Part shown: piece after piece, positions 58,393 to 64,000 of the stretch
Numbering within the stretch: position 1 is the first letter of the stretch
Layout: the number at the start of each line of letters is the position of its first letter
Virus record (IMG/VR): IMGVR_UViG_3300033066_000364
Location: 7,975-71,974 of that record
Source of the DNA: a virus
Taxonomy: Duplodnaviria > Caudoviricetes
Strand: one strand, 5' to 3'
Length of the DNA: 64,000 nucleotides
Position numbers and translations under genes: made by a program
The notes under the pieces: model-generated
The model's database searches: none
The model's input: only the letters and a program-made list of their open reading frames with translations
Told to the model about the DNA's origin: nothing

Positions 58393-58806
58393 ATGCGAAT
58401 CGAGTGCGAAGAAACGTTGGACTTGTTTCGTGGTCCTGGCATGTGTGAGTGGTGCGGCAAACAATGCCGGCGCAGAGAGCCATGTCACCTCGTGGCCAAA
58501 GGACATGGCAGCGGACGTAGATTGGACGTTTCTTGGAATCTTTTGGCAATGGGGTCAACGTTGGAATTCGAGTGTCCCTGTCATACGAAATCGCATCAGG
58601 AGGGTATTCCTTCTTACGAGCAAATGTTATCGGTGATTAGTCGGAGAGAGGGTCATTCTTCTGATGCGATTGAACGAGCCATCTGGTTCATCTTGAGGCT
58701 CAATAAGGACTTGTCGGTTTATCGCGTTGAAGAAGCGTTAAAGGACTTGACCAGGGAGCCGCGAATGTTGGCTGAACGTGAATTACGAAAGGCTGGGAAG
58801 TTATGA
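58393..58806 (+). CDS. HNH-like Zn-binding protein (DUF968/NinG-like)
   Basis: CEWCG...EPCHL...NLLAM...CHTKSH. Confidence 0.6.
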   Translation: MRIECEETLDLFRGPGMCEWCGKQCRRREPCHLVAKGHGSGRRLDVSWNLLAMGSTLEFECPCHTKSHQEGIPSYEQMLSVISRREGHSSDAIERAIWFILRLNKDLSVYRVEEALKDLTREPRMLAERELRKAGKL

Positions 58807-59258
58807 AAGGCATCAGTAAAGCAGACTTCGACAAATACATTGCGATGGGCGCAACATCACAGGGAGTCAATGTGGACGCCCTGCCCGATCCAGATTCCAT
58901 TGTTGTCCATGTTGATGGAGAGACTGTGCTTGTGCCGCGAAAGAACAAGTACAACGCCAAAAAGACAGTTGTGGACGGTATCACGTTTGACTCGAAAGCC
59001 GAGAGTGAGCGATACAAGTTCCTGAAATCCATGCAGGACGCGGGAGCGATATCGAATCTTGAGTTGCAGCCACGATACGTGTTCTACGTGAACAGCCAGA
59101 GAATCTGTGCATTCAAACCAGATTTCAGGTATGTGGCGGAAGGGGAAGTTATTGTCGAGGACGTGAAGAGTAAGGCAACTAAGACGCGAGACTACTCTAT
59201 CCGAAAGAAGTTGCTTCTTGCCCTGTACAACATTGATCTTGTGGAAATCATGAAGTAG
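58803..59258 (+). CDS. DUF1064-family PD-(D/E)XK nuclease
   Basis: NKYNAKKTVVDGITFDSKAE...ELQPRY...KPDFRY...VEDVKS. Confidence 0.9.
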   Translation: MKGISKADFDKYIAMGATSQGVNVDALPDPDSIVVHVDGETVLVPRKNKYNAKKTVVDGITFDSKAESERYKFLKSMQDAGAISNLELQPRYVFYVNSQRICAFKPDFRYVAEGEVIVEDVKSKATKTRDYSIRKKLLLALYNIDLVEIMK

Positions 59259-59738
59259 CCATCCGAGATTGCGTTTCTCTGTGCTTCCCGCGTGGGCCTA
59301 AAGCATGGGTGGAGCGGAACCTAGTCAATGATTGATGATGGTCCGCAACCGATATGAGATAATCGGACGCAACGGATGGTTTTCATTTGACAATTCTCGG
59401 AACACATGGCATATTAGTTACGTCAAGCCGATTCCTTATACCCATCACCCCAGCGTATCTAAACGGCTTGACATTCGTTTCTTCTACCTGGGGTGGTGGA
59501 TTTCTGAAAGGTAACAAGTGAAAACACTGATAGAAATCAAGTTGCTGGCGGATTCAATCGAATATATTGCTTTGAATCCGAGCAGTAATCTGTCACGGGA
59601 ACAGACCGAGCATCTTGCCAACACTCATATGACGCTTCAATGGGTTCTCGGCGAAGGTGATGCTAATGAACAACGGATTCTTTCTGATGGTTTCGAGGCT
59701 ATTGTTGCCAGTGCAAAACTCATTCAGGAGGAAAGCAA

Positions 59739-60824
59739 GTGAAAGCATCTTTTCGTCGGGAGCCATTGTTGGCTGCGTGTGCTGCGGTATTTCCATTTGC
59801 GGCCAAAAAAAGCACGGTCGAGGCCATCAAGAACGTCAAAATTATATCCGATGGCCTTGGTATTACGTTAGTTGCGACGGATAACGAAACAACGATCCGA
59901 AAGAAATGCAGTGTCCTTTCCAGCGAGGAAGGCGCTGCTATCTTGCCGTGGAAAGCGTTCAACATCCTCAAAGAATCGGACTCGGAAGAAGTGGTTATCG
60001 ATGCCGATGAGGGGACTTGTCGGATCGAGTTGAGCAATGGATCGTTTGAACTGAATAGCGTCCCTGTGTCGTCGTTTCCTGACTCGAATCCATCGGATTT
60101 CACTCGTGCGATCATGGTCGAGGCCGAAGACTTTATCCGCATGGTCAAGTCGGCTTCTATTGCGGTGTCGCAGTTGGATAAGACGACTAGCGTGCAGCGT
60201 GGCATCAATGTGCGATTACAGGACAAAAGGTTGTCGATGATCGGTTTTGATGGTCGTGTGGCGTGTTTTACGGGCGTGGACGGCGACTTCGATGGAAAAG
60301 CCAGTGTTACGGTTCCACCAAAGCCGATGGAACTGGCGGCAGGGATGGGAGTTGGCCAGTTGTTGATTAATCCGTTCCTGCCCAATGCGTTTGCGGTCAA
60401 AGGTGGTTCGTGGGAAATCAGGACTTTGCTCTACGAAGGGACATTCATGGATGTGCAGAAAGCTACGGCTAAGTTGAAGTCTAGTTTTGAGGCAAAGATC
60501 AATGTCGGCCAGTTCGCGTCCCTGTTGCGTCAGGCATCGCTTGTAACGGACGATTTATCCGTGTCGGTCATTTTGTCCTTTACGCCGAACAAGTTGTCTG
60601 TAACGTCGTCCTGTGCATCGCATGGGCGTTCCGCTCTGGAGATGGTGTGTGAGTGTGCGGGAAGTAGCACGACTCGGATGAATCCGAAGTTTTGGTTGGC
60701 GTTCTTAGATACCCTTGACGATGACTCGGTGATGGAGTACAAGTTTGACGGGAAACAGGCCATTGCGACGTGTGGCAACGTGGTGTTCCTCATTTCGTCG
60801 ATGGAAATCCAGAAAGGGAGTTAA
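59739..60824 (+). CDS. dnaN: DNA polymerase III beta sliding clamp homologue (divergent)
   Basis: 361 aa; LVATDNETTI, FPDSNP, RLSMIGFDGRVA and MNPKFWLAFL align with the beta-clamp three-domain pattern. Confidence 0.85.
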   Translation: MKASFRREPLLAACAAVFPFAAKKSTVEAIKNVKIISDGLGITLVATDNETTIRKKCSVLSSEEGAAILPWKAFNILKESDSEEVVIDADEGTCRIELSNGSFELNSVPVSSFPDSNPSDFTRAIMVEAEDFIRMVKSASIAVSQLDKTTSVQRGINVRLQDKRLSMIGFDGRVACFTGVDGDFDGKASVTVPPKPMELAAGMGVGQLLINPFLPNAFAVKGGSWEIRTLLYEGTFMDVQKATAKLKSSFEAKINVGQFASLLRQASLVTDDLSVSVILSFTPNKLSVTSSCASHGRSALEMVCECAGSSTTRMNPKFWLAFLDTLDDDSVMEYKFDGKQAIATCGNVVFLISSMEIQKGS

Positions 60825-62360
60825 TCATGAAGATGCACAGTTTGGTTGACCCGCCGCGAAGGGATGGTTTTAATGATTTTGAAGACTACCTGAACTCAAA
60901 TCCTGACCTTAGAAGGAATTATGTGACCTTGTGTCATTGGTTTGAGGCAAAGAAGCATCGTGGCCACTTGTACGAGTTCTGCGCGATGAATGGTCATCTG
61001 GCGGCGTTTGAGGAGGTGTTCAAGGAGGACGCAGCATGAAGCCTCGTCAATGCTATGATTGCGGATCGAGGAAATCTCCGATCAGTTGGAAAGGTCGTTG
61101 CAAGAATTGTTATGACCGATGGATATACCGGCAAGGTCTGGATACCCATTTCGATGGCGACGATATGACGCAAGAGGAAGTGGATGCGTTAGTTGCGGAA
61201 CAAATGCGGAATCTGCCGCCGTGGTGGTATACGAACAAGAAAGGGGAATAGATGAATGAATTAATTCTCGAATTTGCCAAGAGAAAGGATTACGTCCTTC
61301 TGTCATGCGAAACAAAGAAGATAAATGGTTATGACTCATGGCTTTGCACATGGAGTGACGGCGGCAATGTCATCCACAATTTCATTGACGGAATGGGATA
61401 CAACGAAGAATTCAAATTGTCCATGACGCTGCTTTCCATGACGGACGAGGAACTTGCGTTGTACTGCGAAGAAAACGGAATAGAATGGGGTAATTCATGA
61501 GTCAATCTCTGGCCGACAAATTGAAGTTGAAGATCACGGGCAAACTGACGCCCAAGACGGATGAGCCTGCGCCGGTTAAGGGCAAAAAGAAGAAGTTCTC
61601 CAAAGAAGAAATTGCCGCCGCTTCGGCAATTATCAAGGCCGACGTGGAGTTAAAGAAGTCTCTGGAGATTCTTCTGCCGAAAGAGGGACCTAAGCCCGCA
61701 GATGCCCCAAAACAGGCACAAGATAAGCCCAGAACGTGTTGTGGGACAAAAAGGGGCAAGGATTCGCCTCACGACGTAAAGTGCCACACGCTCGTAGGGA
61801 AGAAGAAGTTGCATATTGGGTTTGATTTGCCTGGGGGAAGATTTCCCGTTGGCACAAAGATGGATAAGACATACCATGAAGGGGGATTCTGGTCTTGTTT
61901 ACTTGGAATTCCTAGTTGCGATGTGGTATTCGAGGCGCAAGACGGCAACGCTCTCCAGGTAGAGTGGAAGGTAACGAAGAAATACATTGCGTGGTTGAAA
62001 GAGAACGCGGCGGCTCCCGTCGTACCGGAGGTGAAATCGTGACCTGCGAGTGCTACTACTGTGGCAAAAAGAATGAGGTAGATATCGGATACGACACTTG
62101 CGACGGTTTAGAGGTAGACGTAAAGTGTACGTCATGTCAAAAGGAATACGTCGCCGTTCTTCATTTGGAAATGTGGCTGGAACCGTGGGAGAAAGCAGAT
62201 GAGTGACAAACCAAAATCTCGCCAAGTGAAGTGGCAGGAGAAGATGATTGCGGAAGGAAGATGCCGCCAGTGCGCCGTTGTCCTCACCAATGGCAAGACC
62301 AAGTGTGATCCATGTCTAAAAAAATCCAACAAAAAGATTGACAAGCTCCAAAAAGCATAG
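60824..62360 (+). other. run of small coupled ORFs (60824-61039, 61036-61251, 61252-61500, 61497-62042, 62039-62206, 62199-62360)
   Basis: ATGA/GTGA overlaps; several carry CxxC pairs. Confidence 0.6.
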
Positions 62361-62366
62361 TAGATT
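62338..62366 (+). promoter_or_regulatory. sigma70-type promoter of the RNA cluster
   Basis: TTGACA-N17-TAGATT, 16 nt before the tRNA-like 5' end. Confidence 0.65.
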
Positions 62367-62381
62367 ATCGGTGTCAGTGAT

Positions 62382-62474
62382 GCAGGAATGGCGCAATTGG
62401 AAGACGCAGGCCCTACAAGGGGTTGATAAGGCTGGCAATGGCCTCTTTTGTAGGTTCAAATCCTACTTCCTGCA
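62382..62474 (+). tRNA. class II tRNA-like gene with irregular anticodon arm; identity not assignable
   Basis: Acceptor GCAGGAA/TTCCTGC, Leu-like D arm GCGCAATTGGAAGACGC, T arm GTAGG-TTCAAAT-CCTAC, long variable arm; no encoded CCA. Confidence 0.7.
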
Positions 62475-62578
62475 CTTCAACCGAGGCGAGAATTGAGAAG
62501 CGGTGGCAATCCTCGGCAAGTACCACCTGAAAGTTTCCGCGACATCAGCGCGACTTGACAGCCGGAGAGACGGCGGTT

Positions 62579-62714
62579 TTCTCTGGGATGGGCACGGCGA
62601 CCCATTACTTGCAGATAGAACGGCCAAGCCAGCCGGTGTGAAACGTGGCTGCAACCACAAGTGGCTCTAAGAAGGAAACAATCACACTAGCCGGTTCGAC
62701 TCCGGCCAGAGAAA
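62579..62714 (+). ncRNA. tRNA-like RNA with a large branched insertion
   Basis: Acceptor TTCTCTG/CAGAGAA, perfect T arm GCCGG-TTCGACT-CCGGC, 5' hairpin ATGGG/CCCAT. Confidence 0.55.
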
Positions 62715-62820
62715 CTTGGACGCACTTGTGGAACAGGATGTCTGCCCCACGCTGGATGGTGGGATTGCGGCCATATCGGTGAAAACCCGATTGCGTCTAA
62801 CTAACTGAAAGGTGAGCGGC

Positions 62821-63024
62821 GTGGTAGACAGATACACTTTCGACCAGGACTTTGATGGCGTATACCTATACGACATCTACACGGACACTGTGACTGGCAA
62901 GAAGTATGGAGTGATGTACGAAGACACTCTGGAATTGCTTAACTCGCAAGCGGCGGAAATTGCCAATCTGCGATCAAGGATCGACAGCTTGGTTGACGCA
63001 TGTGGAGGGCGTGTTGGAGGTTGA
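62821..63024 (+). CDS. hypothetical protein
   Basis: GAAAGGT RBS, GTG start. Confidence 0.6.
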   Translation: MVDRYTFDQDFDGVYLYDIYTDTVTGKKYGVMYEDTLELLNSQAAEIANLRSRIDSLVDACGGRVGG

Positions 63025-63035
63025 TAAATAACGCA

Positions 63036-63560
63036 AGCCGAGCGTTTAACTCGGCTTTGGCGTCTAACCAGAAAACGTTGTATATTTGGTCCAATTCGCA
63101 ACCAAATCTTACGACACTTCTGGTTAGATGTCAAATAAAAATCACAAAATTGCCCAAGTGACAGCCATTTTCGCAATGAAAACAAGATGGCGTCACACAC
63201 ATAGCACTTATGTGCAACCTCGCGTTAGTCCGAGCCTGCGGGAAGACTATCATTGGGCGGCGTCCCCTACAATCAGAATCGTGGGACATACTTTACCAGC
63301 GGCATTGTCGCATTGTTTTAACGGGAGACGGGATAACCGTAAGTCTCCGAGGCCAGGGGTGAACCTTGATGGGCCTCAACTGCATTGGGCAGCGTGCTTT
63401 TAATCGAGCATTGAAACATCAAGGGCAAGCAACCGTCTCAGCTTTATACGGAACGGCTTGGCAATCCAGATTACCAGGGATTGCTGCGCCCCGAACTCGC
63501 ATTACCGGAACTACGCAGCACACTTCTCTGGTGAGAGAATAAGAGTATACAAGTAAACAG
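63036..63560 (+). ncRNA. candidate large structured ncRNA
   Basis: About 520 nt without a convincing ORF; many nested helices (see findings). Confidence 0.5.
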
Positions 63561-63578
63561 AATACAGGGGAAAACCGA

Positions 63579-64000
63579 ATGTTTGAGAAGAAACAGATCA
63601 GTATGGACCAATACAGGATATCCATCGAGAATATCATTTCGATGATGGAACTCGACATGGACGTTCATCTCTCTTCGAGGTTGGATCAGCAGACAAGAGG
63701 TATGGTTTTGCATATAGTGGCGAACCTTTACGCGAAGGACCACAAGGAAACCGTCGAGGATTGGTCTGAGAAGAAGACGGTGGAGATGATAGAATTCGTG
63801 TCGGTTCCGGCGTCGTGGTGGCAGCACTTCAAGAAGGAATGGTTTCCGTTGTGGGCGCTGAATCGGTGGCCGGTCAAGGAAAGGTTCATCGAGGTGAAAT
63901 TGGAAAGGGAAGTGGAAGTCAAGCATGTCGTCAACAAGCACGTCACGAAGATTTGCCCGCATATAAAATTGGACCGTCAGGCAAGGCATTTGAGCTGGAT
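63579..64000 (+). CDS. hypothetical protein, truncated by the window end
   Basis: Open frame from ATG 63579 (MFEKKQISMDQY...) to the edge; AGGGG RBS. Confidence 0.7.
   Translation, partial: MFEKKQISMDQYRISIENIISMMELDMDVHLSSRLDQQTRGMVLHIVANLYAKDHKETVEDWSEKKTVEMIEFVSVPASWWQHFKKEWFPLWALNRWPVKERFIEVKLEREVEVKHVVNKHVTKICPHIKLDRQARHLSW

Noticed and set aside
62773-62799. CCGATTGCGTCTA resembling the early promoter -10
   Set aside because: No GGAAC at the 16-nt spacing (ATATC instead), and the bases are explained by an RNA stem with 62716-62724
63036-63560. RNase P RNA, tmRNA or group I intron identity
   Set aside because: No GAGGAAAGUCC P4 motif, no tmRNA termini or tag frame, no interrupted host gene
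1-64000. stop-codon reassignment suggested by a phage tRNA-like gene
   Set aside because: Long conserved genes are intact in code 11 and TAG, TGA and TAA all end genes at sensible boundaries; no CUA or UCA anticodon in a canonical loop
1-64000. integrase/att site or lysogeny cassette
   Set aside because: No tyrosine or serine recombinase motif and no host-like flanking genes; lifestyle cannot be settled from this window

Overview
This 64 kb window is most of a tailed dsDNA phage genome (Caudoviricetes, probably non-contractile tail), almost all on the + strand. The host is most likely Planctomycetota, judging from a planctomycete-type ClpC N-domain and a TIGR02996-like domain. Layout: 0.7-8.7 kb is an array of small genes with repeated GGAAC-N16-CGT(C/A/T)TA promoters, interrupted by terS. 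8.9-17.6 kb holds a PAPS-reductase-family gene, small accessory genes, the Clp-N gene and terL. 17.7-29.8 kb covers portal and head genes, 29.8-45 kb tail and adsorption genes, and 45-51 kb a membrane/secreted block with a papain-like peptidase but no recognisable endolysin. 51.5-62 kb is recombination/replication (Bet/RecT, ParB-like, SF1 helicase, TOPRIM primase, DUF1064 nuclease, beta clamp). 62.4-63.6 kb is a cluster of tRNA-like and other structured RNA candidates. No integrase, DNA polymerase, reverse transcriptase or CRISPR array was seen. Best candidate for a new system: an 834-aa protein in the head cluster carries an embedded, ECF-sized sigma-factor-like domain and a GNAT-like domain, and an unannotated TraR/DksA-type zinc-finger gene lies directly upstream. 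The same genome has 12 identically spaced ECF-type promoters driving the presumed early cassettes. This suggests a virion-delivered sigma factor, which is an inference. Second candidate: a 14-bp palindrome GTGCAATATTGCAC occurs 8 times, once (plus a near-copy) inside the ParB-like gene. All domain calls are motif recognition by eye; no database searches were run.
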